A stretch of 64,000 nucleotides of DNA. Source: Lepidodermella squamata (lineage: Eukaryota > Animalia > Gastrotricha). Location: contig JBLDXI010000015.1 of assembly GCA_047495785.1 (NCBI GenBank), positions 2,046,001 through 2,110,000 on the forward strand, written 5' to 3'. Positions 46,773 to 58,854 of the stretch are shown here, one piece after another (within the stretch, counting starts at the first letter, position 1; each line of letters starts with the position of its first letter). The notes beneath the pieces are model-generated. The model was given only the letters and a program-made list of their open reading frames with translations. It was not told the DNA's origin and searched no databases. A program made the position numbers and the translations under genes.

Positions 46773-48426
46773 CATCCATCGCTTGATAATCGCTGGATAA
46801 TTCCACCATTTCACCATGAAACAGTTTGTGGCATTGCATTTCAGCCAAATAAGGGTGAATTTCTCTCATCCGCTGGCTTATCATTGAGCAGCAATTTATC
46901 AGAGCCGCCTGATATATCATTGCATAATCAATTATTGCAGAAAACCACATTGCACCGATTTCTTATTGATCCCAGAGGTGGAATTTGGCGCCCTTTTTAC
47001 CGATTTTGAGTACAACACATTGCACAAAATGAGACAGAATTAGGAAAAGGACGTGACTGAATTTAGCTTGCTTTACTGGCTACTGACTTAAATCATGTTC
47101 ACAAGGAGTAACGAGTTAGCGGATTACCTCAGGGTCAGGGCTAGAAAACCCTCATTCCCGGCGGAATAATTCGGGCATTCAAGGACCCAAAAAATCGACC
47201 CTGGATGAAATTTATTAATTTCTAAAATATTTGAATGTTCAATTTATTTTCTAATATTAAAAATTTCAACATCGGTCAGAAATAATCATGGGTCCAAAGA
47301 AAATCAGATCTATGGGTTACGTAATAGATATGGTCAAATCGATAGCGCTTGTCGACTTCAACTTTGATACAAATCGAATATCCAATCCCTTAACTCTAAC
47401 GCAAATCTATATCCATGAAATAGCTTAAAAACACATGTTTTTTCTATACTAAATTGCGTAGGTCTGGGTCCAAGAATTTGTTTCTTCGGGGCGCCATGTA
47501 AGAAAGGGAGTGGCTGTCCCGGTACTAGTTGTAATGCTTTTTCACTCCACTTGATGAGAGCTACATTTTGACACCAACATCAACTCAATAGAAGAAAGTA
47601 AAAAAATCGCCCCATTCACGAACGACCGAATTTGAAAAACGACGCGATCACGATCACGAATTGACGATTTCTCCTCGCCCGGACGGACTCAAGCTTTCGC
47701 CATAAGGCGGAGCTAGTGAGACAATCGCGAGCTTACGCTCTAGAAAAGTTTGGTCTGGTTTACCAACTAGATGTCCCTACCCCTGGTACTCCAGTTATTG
47801 CAGACTGTTTCTCCAGGACCCAGGCATTAGTGCCCAGGAGGCTTTTCCACTCACTCAGCGAAGCCTATAAACGCCGTCGTAGCAAGAGAGCTACCATGAG
47901 AGTAGTTTGGAGAATTATTTACAAGAGTAAAGAAGTTGACCGAGTAACGCGTGCTAAAAATTCCAGGGCATTGTGCCATCAAAAATTGATCAAAAAATTA
48001 TCTAAACGACAAAGGTTAAATCTAAAACGGTTAAATTTGGATTTCCCTTTGTATTCGGCGGAATGCTTAAATAGTATATACTTCCACTCGCCCGGTAATC
48101 AAGCGCTTAGTGTCATTAGATATGTATAGAGAATAAAAGGGTACTCGAGCGACAAATTCCAAAATTCGTCAAATGAACAAAGCGGTGAAGCGGAGGTGAT
48201 CCTTTTTTCAAAAGCCAGCTTCCAAAATTTATATTTGGTTTTAAAATTAAACATTAAAAATAAATATAATCGCAATCGAAATTCATTTTAAACATAAGGG
48301 AATAAAGATTTTTCCCGCTTTTTTTGTTACCCAAGAAACTACGCCGTATCACCAGACAGTCGCCGCGCGGACAGCAGTTAGGAACGCGTTAGGAACGCTG
48401 ATGAGAACTAACCCATCCTCCAACTG

Positions 48427-48722
48427 ACATAACATAACATAACATTTTCTTTATTCGTCAGCACTTTTGAGATTATAAAAGAACAGTAAAAAAGAAACCG
48501 TAGAAAGCAACAAAAAGGCGTGCTGAGAATAAAAATCACTCCGGTGTACACACCCTGCCGGACAGGTCACGGTGGTGACCTGGCAAGCAGAGCGCGTGTC
48601 GGAGGTCGGAGGAGGACCAGTCTAGGGGACCGATCCCAGTCAAACCGAAATCCTCCAACTGAGAGCAGGCAAAATGTTGTGCCACAACTGCCAACGAGAC
48701 ATGCAGAGGCCATTCGTCTTTG
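48427..48722 (-). mobile_element. Probable 3' end of a 5'-truncated non-LTR retroelement
   Basis: On the minus strand: GC-richer body, TCAGCAC..GTGCTGA stem, AATAAA, then an (ATGTT)n tail. Confidence 0.45.
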
Positions 48723-49229
48723 AGAAATGATATTTAAATTTCAATGGGGAGCTCATACCTAAACTATCTATTCTAAGGGATTGCATACAGCGGACAACGG
48801 TTAGCTGGCTATATCATTTATTGGGCCAACGGATTACATTCATTTCACACCGCTTTTGTGAATTGGAGTTCGCAAATCAATTCCAATAAACAAAAACGGA
48901 TGGATGGATGTTAGACCCTGACACCAATTCTGGTGATTTAACAGGGCTTGGGTTGATAAGTTAGACCTGTCACCTGTCACCTGTCACCTGTAACCTATTT
49001 CGGTGTTATGCGGAAAAAAACAAATAGGCCGCTTTCTGATTTCGAATTTCGAACGTAATTCTATTTGAAATACTGAAACATTTGAAAAACTGAACTAACA
49101 GTAATTTTATTTTAAATTGAATTTCAAAATAGTTATATGTCGTATATATTTTCCATGGCGACGCGTTTGCGGGAAAATAAACAAATCCGGGTGCTGGTCG
49201 CCGCGTCGCCGGTCGCCGGACCTTTGGTG

Positions 49230-50056
49230 TTCCAGTATCCTACTGCATGTTGCGAACCGCCTTCATTCATGCAGAAACGCGCCCCGGAAGCTTATCGTGG
49301 CCGCCCTCGATGTCCAGGCAGCACATGATAGTGCGTGGCACGCTGGGCTCATCCACAAACTCTCGCTCCTCCCCCTGCTAGCAAACCTAGTGGGATGGCT
49401 GGTTCCTGGTTGACTTCCTGAAAGATCGCAAACTCCAAGCTCTTGTCGCTGGACACCTTAGTCAGGAGGCGGTAGGCAAGTGTGGCGTCCCTCAAGGGTC
49501 ACCACTCTCGCCACCTATATATCCTGTACACCGCGGATTTACTGGGCGCCAGCATACTCAACACGCTGACCGAAGCATATGCCGACGATCTAACCATCAG
49601 TGCGTCCGGCGATAGCTTTGGCATAGCAACTAGTAGCGCCCAAATGGTAATTGACCGAATCAGCCAATGGGCGCGGCTATGGCGGCAAAAATCAACTCCA
49701 GCAAAAGCGAGGTTCTACCCTTTGCGTGGACTCCCTGCGAAATCCACCTCACTATAGACGGCTCCACAATCCCTCAAGTAGATACACTGCGCATTCTCGG
49801 CGTCCACTTCGACCGAGGTCTCAACTGGTCGACGCACATCGACAAGGCGATCCAGCGATGCTCCGCCAACCTGTCCTTCTTCCGCCGCCTTGTCTGGACA
49901 CCAGGGCTCTCAATCCGATGGCGGCGAACAGCATACTTAGCACTGATCCGCTCAGCGTTAGCATACGGCAACGTTGCATTTTGCAACGCGTCGAAGCGCC
50001 TAATGCGAAAGCTGAGCGTGCTGCGGAACAATTGCCTCAGGGCGATTTGTCATGCT
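49230..50056 (+). mobile_element. Degenerate LINE RT fragment related to the 55447-58502 element
   Basis: LDVQAAHDSAWHAGL, GVPQGSPLSP, YADD, LGVHFDRGLNWSTHI, WRRTAYL; several frameshifts. Confidence 0.88.
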
Positions 50057-50360
50057 CAGGGCTCCAATAACTCGAAAAGTGTCTCGGAATCTGCCCTACC
50101 CTTTCGTGAAACTGTCTCGCTAACCCCTATTTCAAATGATGCCGAAACGTCGCTCCTTTTCTTTATTTTCCTCTTTACTCTTTATTTTCAAAGTTGAAAA
50201 TCAATCTCACTGTCTCGATCCGAAATTTTCTAAAATATCAAAATTGGTATAAAAATCCTAAACAATTAAAGTTGTGGAAAACAATGATAAATTACAAGCT
50301 GCGATAGATAGCGAGTAGGAAGTAGAAAGCGCGGTGCGAAGAGTGAATTGCGATATCAAA

Positions 50361-51822
50361 CTAGCCATCTAGAAGAGAGTGGTGCGAATTTTCTTTCACA
50401 TATGCCTTGAAGGCCCCGCCTACGCCAGTCTCGAAATGCCATGCCTCGGGTCCACCGCCGAATCGAGCCGTTAGGGCTTCGCGAATGACAGCATCGGCGT
50501 GCAGCGGGCTCGGGCCGTTCCATCGAACAAAAGTTTCAGAATCGATCGCCTCATGTTCTAACGGGCGGTTAGGCGCCGCCACCAAGTTGATAACCGACCC
50601 TATCGATTCGACAACTGATTCAATCGGCGAAATCGATTCGCAAAGGAATTCATGGCGTTTCTCAGGAGTTGCCAACAGCAATCGATCAAATGGCACCGGT
50701 TCCCTGCCGTCGCGCACGGTCTTCTTTTCGCCCCAGTGGAGGGCTTCGTAAACCACATCACCGGTGATTGGAACTTGTGAATCTCCAGCACGGCGTAGTT
50801 CCGCTGCGGTTGGAATAGCAGCCAATTTAAAACAGCGGCTTTTTTTCTCGTGCTCCTCCATCCCATAGCGCAACTTGAGTGCATCAACAGTGTGAAGACG
50901 AAGTTCTTCCAGCTGCTTTCTCGTCGCATCATCGACCGATTGAAGAGTGTCGGATTCCCTGCGAGCGTTTTCGCGAGTGCCATGGACGATATCGGCGGCC
51001 AAGACAGCAACGCCATCAATTGTTCCGGAGGCGAGAAGTTCAGCCGTGATTTGTTCGAATTTTTGAAGCTTCATAACGCTGAGCAGTTCGATTTCATCTT
51101 CAATCGCGACCGCCCGCTCGGCTGAGGTTAAATTAACACCTTGAACTCGGGTCGCTAGATCGCGATGTCGGCGATAAATGTCAGCCAAACCAGCCACTTG
51201 GCAGATGAAGCGAGCGTCAATGACAGTTTGGAGCGGGCATTTTACCTGACGAAGCTGTTGCAGCATTGCCGCGGCGTTGCTGAGGAAGCTGTCGATGACT
51301 CGAACTTGGTGCGGCGCAAATTTCGTCTCGCTGTGATGTTGTAGTGGCTTGAATTTACGACCAAGGTCGAGAGAGGTGTGCGAATCACGCAGCTGTTGAT
51401 AGGCAACGCCGTAGTTGAAATGACTCGCCAGTTCATTGAGCTGCTTGAAAAGTTTGTCCACCCACGGAAAGCGCTTCCGAACATCGCTCTCGGCCAGATT
51501 TCCAAGATGAAGCGGATCCCAGTAGAAACGCATGACCTGGCCATCAGGAAGCGGAGGCAGCAGCTTTTCAAGCTCGATCGAGAATGAAATACTGCCCGTC
51601 GAAGCAGCCGCCTCGAACTTGATTGACGATATCATAGGCTTGCAGAACTTCGTAGATGCTGGACGCAAGATCTTTGCCAGTTTGGCCATTTTCCAAAACA
51701 TGCGACTGCAGATAGACTGCCTCAAACGTTTTATCGACGATTTCAGGACAAATACCGCCAACCATCTGCATCGTTCGATGTTTCACTGTCATTTTGTCAG
51801 CTATGACCATTATTGGCCTCAA
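50361..51822 (-). pseudogene. hAT-superfamily (ZNF862/KIAA1586-like) transposase, 5'-truncated with a frameshift near 51575; element edge near 50057 (CAGGGCTCC)
   Basis: IADKMT..RTMQ, CFDGQY, WDPLHLGNL, SETKFA, and hATC-like ESVVESIGS..RPL..E..VRWNGP. Confidence 0.75.
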
Positions 51823-53638
51823 CCGCTCGGTAGATTTCAGCGGCGCTATTACGTTCTAAGAGACAGTTACAGCCGACGTCTATTATTTCGCACAACCGCA
51901 CGAGCCGCGCTATACAAAGAGAGTGTTGCGTGCATACGGAAGCGCTTTTATGCGAACATTAGCGCTCCACAAAAACCGGGAGACAGCATTTCGTTGCTCA
52001 TAGAAACCGAAAGAGAATGAGAATTCGGCCTCGAAAACTGTCTCTCAGGGGTAAGTCACTGCGAGGATTTCGAATAAAATATCAGATTTGCGCTGAGAGA
52101 TAACATTTCAACAGGATGACACTTCGTAGCGAGACAGCTGTCTCTTAGGAATCATAAACCACCTAGCCGTATAACGTATAATATGGTGCTAGAATCAAGG
52201 AGACTTTATAGTTTATAGTGACTTGAATGACAAAATCGTAAAAACTTCCTATTATGTGCGCGATGTAGAGATACGAGACACCAAAATTAAAGGTGCCGAC
52301 CGCTGTCTCCTTGAGGTTTTCAAGGAAAATTTTTTTATCTGTCTCGCACCTTCGGCAGTACGAAGGTAAATGTAGTTAGCTCCTACGCCCACGGGCCCTA
52401 TGTAAAATGCTAAATTATTGTAAAATACATAAGGTTCAAATAAAGAAGATTTTGTTTTTTTGTTTGTCAACCAAGGACACGGTACGCGGTGTCGGGGCAT
52501 GGTAAATTCGTGCTCAGCATGGCCGATTTGTGGTCTATATCATTTGGTGTGTTGAGTCTGACACAGGAACAATATCGGGTGTAAAAAACTTTTGGTCTGA
52601 GTTAGCCAGGTCTCGCTTAGGTTTTTCTGAAATGGGTCCGCCAACTTTCATTACGTACCTAAATATAAACATCTGCGTACCGATTTTCGAATTCTCGATT
52701 TGGAGTCCACCGTATCTCGGTCGTCACCCACGAGCCGAAGCCCGACAAAGGTGTTTGATAAGAGAGATTGCAGGCTCGTCGCATCCCGGTCGACCAGAGC
52801 GCGACGTGGAAATCGACTATGGCCACATCGGGGTCTGGTCGACCAGACCGCGTTGTGGTCGCTTTCAGACTTGGGTCGTAACACAGTGAGTCACAGTAGT
52901 AAGTCATTGTCATTCATAACTAGTTTGCCTTCACTATTCAGATGTCTGTTGTCCCGGGTTTTTTAATTGTAATGCTCCCGAAGCTGGTTTCTGAACAGTC
53001 TTCCACATTCTATCATTGATGTGACTAATTGTTTTAGAAATCAAGAAATTTATAATTTTCTTTCGGCGAATTTTGCTGCAACAGATGGGGAAGCTCAGCT
53101 ATGACCTGGTAATTAGTCTCGCCGAATTGTACTAGTGTATTCTAGTGATGTTTATTTTAAACCAGGTAACTTGGTTGAGCGCATAGTTGTGCGAATCTGA
53201 ATGGCGATTGAGCCAGCCGTCTGTGAAGAATGACTTCGATCATCCGTAGTTACTGAGGGTAAGCAGAAACATATTGCATCATTTGCATGTACCTTCAGAG
53301 TTAGTTTTCTCTCAGCAGATTGGATGCTGGCTTGTGGATGATAAATGATAATATTGCTTGCTGGCTCCTATGCTTTGTCTGGTCCCACGCATCAACTACG
53401 CATCTTTGCTCGCTTTGACTACTCCGGCTCCGGTTCTCCGGCTCCTCTGACTTGAATGCTGCCAAGAAATCGTCAATTTGGTGTCAACTGGTGCTATGAT
53501 AGCAATCTGAAATGGCTGAATTCTGTTCTCAATATTATACATTTTCTTCCCGATTTCGAAGTTCTTGGTCGCACTCTTTCTCTCGAACTCATCATTTCAC
53601 TTCTTTGTATAATTCCTTGAATTCGGTTTTGATGAATA

Positions 53639-54066
53639 CCGTAAACTACAGTATAAAGGCCGCGGCGACTAATTTTCCTGATTTTTGAAAAAGAGGCAAA
53701 AAGTGCGGCGATTATTCGAGTGCGGTCTTTTTCAATTTTTCAAAACTTGAGGTGTAGCAGGCGTAACAGGTGTAACAAGGGGCTCACTTTGCGCAGCAGC
53801 AGCTTGCGCCGCCATTTCAGCAAGACGCGCGGCTCTTCGGCTCCTCGACGTCACCCTGGGAGTAGCAGTCGGCGTAGCGGTAGGAGTCGCAGTGGGGGTA
53901 CCATCTGGCGATTCGCCTGGGTGGCTGTTGATCGCGTGCTTAGGTGCGGCGATTATTCGCGCGCGGCCTTTATTTATGCTGAATTGATGAAAATAGGGCT
54001 ATTTTGCGGCGATTATTCGGGTGCGGTCTTTATTCTTTATTCAGGCCTTTATACTGTAGTTTACGG
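53639..54066. mobile_element. Tc1/mariner (pogo-like) MITE
   Basis: 23-bp TIR CCGTAAACTACAGTATAAAGGCC; TA on both sides; internal GCGGCGATTATTCG repeats. Confidence 0.88.
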
Positions 54067-54361
54067 TATAATCCATATGTGCAATTTTCGATGTGTTATT
54101 ACAATTTTGGTATGAAATTTGTGAAATTGTTGTCAACTTACGTCGGTGGTGTTTTACGACTGGGTGCTTTCCTCTCTTACTCGCAGGTAACACGTATTAC
54201 CTGTCAGTAGTAGAGCCAAGTCGTGAAATTCTGATATTTTGTTCAATAAATTGAGTTATTACGACTTTCGGTGTGTTGATTTTTTGGAGGTTATTATGGT
54301 TACTGGATGCAGTGGGCAAATAATACTTTGGGGTTACGATATAGGTCCTATAAAATTACCT

Positions 54362-54433
54362 GGCCGTGTAGCTCAGTGGTAGAGCGCTTGCTTTGCATGT
54401 ATCATGTCCCGGGTTCAAACCCCGGCATCTCTA
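54362..54433 (+). pseudogene. tRNA-Ala(TGC) pseudogene
   Basis: Acceptor stem disrupted (GGCCGTG vs CATCTCT) and anticodon stem mutated. Confidence 0.75.
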
Positions 54434-54505
54434 ATGTTTTAAACCCAAAAACCTGGTAGGGAATCGTCAAACTCAAAGGCCTGTATCTGATGTATGGTTA
54501 TAACA

Positions 54506-54579
54506 GGTTCCGTTGTATAGTGGTTCATCACGTCTGCTTTACACGCAGAAGGTCGCGGGTTCGAACCCCGCCGGAACCT
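54506..54579 (+). tRNA. tRNA-Val(TAC) with one D-stem substitution
   Basis: TCTGC-TT-TAC-AC-GCAGA; flanks homologous to 40716-40935. Confidence 0.8.
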
Positions 54580-54659
54580 GCCATCGTTTTACAAGTGATT
54601 CGATCCACCCAAATTAAAAGCATTTCTTGAAATTAAAAGCGATTTTTTTGCCGGTCTTG

Positions 54660-55444
54660 TCGCCATTTCTGACAGCAGCACGGGCGCGATCGAAGCGCAT
54701 CACGTCATCGCCAAAGAGCGCTCGAAAAGTAACTGTTCAAAAAGAAGCATTTATTAAAAAATCAGCGGATAAAAAACACGAAAACTTACTTCTAAAGAAT
54801 TCCAGCTCTTCGTGAGCATTGGAATCGTCGATAGGCGTTCGTTTCGACTTTTCGGCAGAGACCGGCTCGATGATACTGTTTGACAGCCTTGTATCGCCGA
54901 ATAGACCGCGAAACGTGAAGATAGCCCATTTGTTCGGGCCGCGAGAACGAGCGCGACAGTTGGCGTAGTCGAAGCCATCCCAATGGGCAGGCTGACTCGG
55001 CCCGGCTGCGGTGAGTTCTTGCTTCTTCGTCAGCAGGGCGAGTATCTAAATAAATGAAAATTAGAAAATTATTTAGTCAGGGAACAAATTAAAATAAAAA
55101 AAATATTCGCAAAATTAAAATTAAATTAAACTCAAAACACCCACCTGTTTTAATTGCTTTGCCATTGAACTTTCAGAAGCAGCAGTTTGCGGCGTGATAT
55201 TGTCGATTGATTGCTGTGGCGTAGTCTCAACGATTGACGACTTGCTAGTTGTCGGCGCCTGCGGGTAGACAGCAGCGCCGCCGGTTGACAGAGACTTAAT
55301 TCGCGGTGTTGCACCAGGTTGAGAATGCGACGGTGCCGGACGATGAGAAGCGGGCGTATTCGGCGGCGGGCGATGAGAAGCGGGTGTATTCGGCGACTGT
55401 GACGACGACAAACAAATGGCGGCAGTTTTAGACGATTTTTCCAA
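54660..55444 (-). pseudogene. Spliced gene fragment with an S/P/T-rich linker and a putative BEN domain
   Basis: GT-AG introns ~55143-55047 and ~54789-54733; GPNKWAIFTFRGLFGDTRLSNS..KRTPIDD..LEFFR resembles BEN helices; cut by the LINE upstream and the tRNA duplicate downstream. Confidence 0.5.
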
Positions 55445-55446
55445 CT

Positions 55447-58400
55447 CGGACGCTTCGGCATTGTAGATGCTAAAGCTAGTCTTTCTTCTATTCTCTTACC
55501 TCTGTCTCCCTCGACGGGTACGCGATCTTTCGTTGTGATAGGGCACAGGACTCTGCAGAAGCCTTGCTTGGTGACGCGCATGGCGGGTCGGCGATCCTGG
55601 TTCGCGAAGGGGCGGTTGTCGTCTCCGAGCGGAAGCTGGCCTTGACTGGGGCGAAGAGAAGCGAGTGGATACGCCTCGACCTGCTGCCTGGTCGCCGTTG
55701 TGAAGCAGTACGTGTGTTTACCGGCTACTGTCCGCCGTCGTCCAGTCTCGACCTGCGCTGGTTTGAGGAGGAGTTCGCTGAAGCTGCTCGTCTGGCTGTC
55801 CCGTGTTTCTTTGGCGGCGACCTGAACGCGAAATCACCACTGTGGGGGAAGGGCGACCTCTGGAACGCCAACGGCTTCTCCCTCCACCACGCCGCGACTC
55901 GGCTCGGTCTTACCGTCCTTCCGTCTCCGAAGCCGACTCATCTGCATCCCTCCTCCGGTTCGCTATCCACGCTCGATGTATGGGTGCTTAACGACGCTGC
56001 CATGCGCCTTCTGCGCGGCGGCGCTCACGTTGGCGATCGATATACCAGTGACCATTTCTTGACCTCAGTCGCTGTCGCCTTCCCAGTTGGCCGGCGGCTG
56101 CCTGCAGTCGACCCTCCCGCTCCGGATCCGTTTCCGCGGTACGATGTCTCGCGCGCCGATCGTCTCGGTTTTTCCCGCACCTTGACTGCTAAGCTCCTTG
56201 CCATTCAGATGCCAGCTCCCGGGGACCCCTTCCCACGACTTGCCGCCTATCGCCGAGAAGTAACCAGCGCTATCGCCGAGTCCCGCGACCTTCACGTGCC
56301 CGTCTGTGCGCCGGGGCAGCTGCGACGCATCGCCATGAGCCTGGAGATGCGCAGGCTTCTTCAGGGGAAGCGGGTTCTGGAACGTGCTCTGGGCAACCAC
56401 GTCGACCGCGAGCTATGCGCCCGGCTCAAAGATCTCGACGCCCGGTTCCGCGCTGCGCAGCACGCTCATCTTCTCCGTCGCGACATCGCCAATCTTCGAA
56501 TGGTGGAAGCGCTATCTGCCCAGCACCGTTACCGAGAAGCGTGGGAGCGCCTCCGCCGTCTCGACCGACACAGGCCGCCGCGTTCGGCTGGGCCCATGAA
56601 ACTGGATGACGGCCGCGTCTTAGCGCCATCGCCTGGGCTCGCAGATGCTCTCCTGAGTCAGTTCGTCAAGCCGATGACGCCGTATGAAGACCCGGCTGCC
56701 GATGCTGCGACCAGACAACGTTGGGCCGATATAGAGCGATTCGTTTCCACCGATCCTGATCTTCAGCGTACCGATACCCTGCAGCTACCCGGCCCGGGTG
56801 AGTTCTCCGTCAGCCAGCGCATGGTGGCTGATGCAGTCGGGCGCCTCAAGCCGTTTAAGGCGCCTGGGCTGGACGGCATCAGTCCTGTATTCTACAAATG
56901 GGGCGGGCCGCCGCTTCAGCGCCACCTTCGCCATCTGTTTAACCTCAGCCTCGGCTCCCGATGCGTTCTGCCGGAATGGAAGGATGCTGCCGTCATCCCT
57001 GTGCCTAAAGCCGGTAAACCGCATGGCGCCGTCTCGTCTCAGCGGCCGATCTCGCTGCTCCCAGTTGACGGCAAGCTACTCGAATCGATCATCGCGCGCT
57101 GGTTGGGTGGGTTCCTGGAGGATCTCAGCCTGCTGCCTGACAACCAGTACGCGTTCCGTGCTCACCGATCCGCTCCGGACGTACCGCTGCGAATCGCGCA
57201 CCGCGTCCACCTCGGCCGGTCGCGTAACCGTAAGGTCATCGTCGTCGGCCTTGACGTACAGGCGGCGTACGATTCCGTGTGGAGTGCCGGCCTTGCCTTC
57301 AAACTCGCCGAACTGCCTCTACCTCGAAACCTGGCCGCCTGGCTTACCGATTTCCTGCGCGACCGGAAGCTTCAAGCGCGCGTCGCCGGCTTCCTCAGCC
57401 AGCAGCGGACTGTGAACTGCGGAGTCCCGCAAGGGTCGCCCCTGTCGCCCCTGCTGTACATCGTGTACACTGCTGACCTTCTAACTGCGCCGACTGCCCC
57501 CGGCTGTTCCCTAGACGCCTATGCTGACGATCTCACAGTCGTCGGCGAGGGTGCGAATTTCCAGGAGGCCGAACGCTGCACCCAGGCAGAGATCGATCGC
57601 ATCTCGCAGTGGGCCCGCGAGTGGCGCCAGAAGTTTAATGCGTCGAAAAGCGAAGCAATGCCGTTTGCCTGGCGCTCGTACCAGACCCGTCTGCACCTCG
57701 ACGGCTCGATGATCCCTCAAGTTGCCGTGATTCGTGTCCTCGGCGTGCACCTTGACGCCAAGCTGACTTGGAAGTCGCACGTCGACCAGGTCATCAACCG
57801 CTGCACCCGGAACCTGTCCCACTTTCGCCGTATTGCCTGCACCCCTGGCCTCTCTCGCCGATGGCGTCGCACCGCCTACCTCAGCCTTGTCCGCTCCGCC
57901 GCCACTTACGGCAACGTCGTGTTTTGTACCGCGCCCAAGAGGCAGCTGAAGCGGCTTGATGTGTTGCAGAACGACTGTCTGCGCAGCCTGCTAAACATCC
58001 GCCGCGATGACCGGGTCCGTGTCTCGGAGCTGGAACGCCGCTGTGGCGTGAAGAGCCTGCCTGCCTTTTTCGACCAGACCCAGCGCCGTTATGCTGCAAA
58101 TGCAGTCCGGTTCGTCCTCCCTCTTAGAGAAGAAATTGAGCGACTCCGCCTCTCCGCGAACCCGGTGCCCCGTTCCCCGCTGGCCTTGATCGCCAGCAGG
58201 CTTCCTCGGGGTCCTTTGCCCACTTTCGATGTCTGATCTTGCCGCCTCTCCCTCTCCCTCTATCCTTTGCTTTCTCTTCTCTCTACCCTTCTTCTCCCTC
58301 CCATTCTCCCTCGCTGTGTTTACGTGTCTGTCTGCCTTCGATAAATAATCCATCACCCCGCCCACTTGTGTCCGCAGCGCACTGCCGCCGGCAAGCGCAT

Positions 58401-58502
58401 ATAATCTTGTGACCCCGCGTCATTGATATCTTCCACTTATTTCGTCTCCCCTATTTATATGATGTCAATGAACAATAAATATTTGAATTTAGAATTTAGA
58501 AT
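55447..58502 (+). mobile_element. 5'-truncated Jockey-group LINE
   Basis: GC-rich block; APE and RT ORF; pyrimidine-rich 3' UTR, AATAAA, short GAATTTA repeat tail. Confidence 0.88.
55480..58236 (+). CDS. LINE ORF2: APE endonuclease (N-terminus lost) and reverse transcriptase
   Basis: LDGYAIFRCDR..GGSAILVR, GDLNAK..WG, SDH, APGLDGI, GVPQGSPLSPLLY, YADD; no stop from 55480 to 58236. Confidence 0.92.
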   Translation, partial: SFFYSLTSVSLDGYAIFRCDRAQDSAEALLGDAHGGSAILVREGAVVVSERKLALTGAKRSEWIRLDLLPGRRCEAVRVFTGYCPPSSSLDLRWFEEEFAEAARLAVPCFFGGDLNAKSPLWGKGDLWNANGFSLHHAATRLGLTVLPSPKPTHLHPSSGSLSTLDVWVLNDAAMRLLRGGAHVGDRYTSDHFLTSVAVAFPVGRRLPAVDPPAPDPFPRYDVSRADRLGFSRTLTAKLLAIQMPAPGDPFPRLAAYRREVTSAIAESRDLHVPVCAPGQLRRIAMSLEMRRLLQGKRVLERALGNHVDRELCARLKDLDARFRAAQHAHLLRRDIANLRMVEALSAQHRYREAWERLRRLDRHRPPRSAGPMKLDDGRVLAPSPGLADALLSQFVKPMTPYEDPAADAATRQRWADIERFVSTDPDLQRTDTLQLPGPGEFSVSQRMVADAVGRLKPFKAPGLDGISPVFYKWGGPPLQRHLRHLFNLSLGSRCVLPEWKDAAVIPVPKAGKPHGAVSSQRPISLLPVDGKLLESIIARWLGGFLEDLSLLPDNQYAFRAHRSAPDVPLRIAHRVHLGRSRNRKVIVVGLDVQAAYDSVWSAGLAFKLAELPLPRNLAAWLTDFLRDRKLQARVAGFLSQQRTVNCGVPQGSPLSPLLYIVYTADLLTAPTAPGCSLDAYADDLTVVGEGANFQEAERCTQAEIDRISQWAREWRQKFNASKSEAMPFAWRSYQTRLHLDGSMIPQVAVIRVLGVHLDAKLTWKSHVDQVINRCTRNLSHFRRIACTPGLSRRWRRTAYLSLVRSAATYGNVVFCTAPKRQLKRLDVLQNDCLRSLLNIRRDDRVRVSELERRCGVKSLPAFFDQTQRRYAANAVRFVLPLREEIERLRLSANPVPRSPLALIASRLPRGPLPTFDV

Positions 58503-58854
58503 CCCTTTGCGGCTATTTGTGGCCGCCCTGAAGAAAGCTGAATTTCAAAGACATTGTTTAACCCTTTTTTTAAAATAGACAGCACTGTTATTAGTGAGCG
58601 GCGAGCGCGTTGGACACGTTGCCTAAGGAGGCAACGTAAAAAAAACCTCGACGTCGTAGGCAATACGCTGCGTTTTTTCACCTGTTAGGTGGCTGTCTCT
58701 CACAAACACATTTCACGTATAACGGAACGTACTTTATAGAAAATACGTAGCCCTTACACCATTGTCGTGAATTTTTTGAATTTTGAATTATGCTATTATC
58801 TTTGTGCTTTACAATCCAATTCATTTCGTAAGTATGTACGCGATGGATCGACCA

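Noticed and set aside
47100-48350. Transposon-like non-coding block and ORF 47716-48129
   Set aside because: No termini, TSD or protein motif could be defined
50057-52400. Full boundaries for the second hAT element
   Set aside because: The candidate right end (GGGCCCTA near 52400) matches poorly and has no 8-bp TSD
52648-52882. Possible solo LTR ending CGTAACA with internal GGTCGACCAGA repeats
   Set aside because: No matching TG terminus or TSD could be confirmed
40640-54650. Prokaryote-style integrative element with attL/attR at tRNA genes
   Set aside because: No tyrosine or serine recombinase; the repeats are ~300 bp and diverged, so this is kept only as a duplication-bounded island
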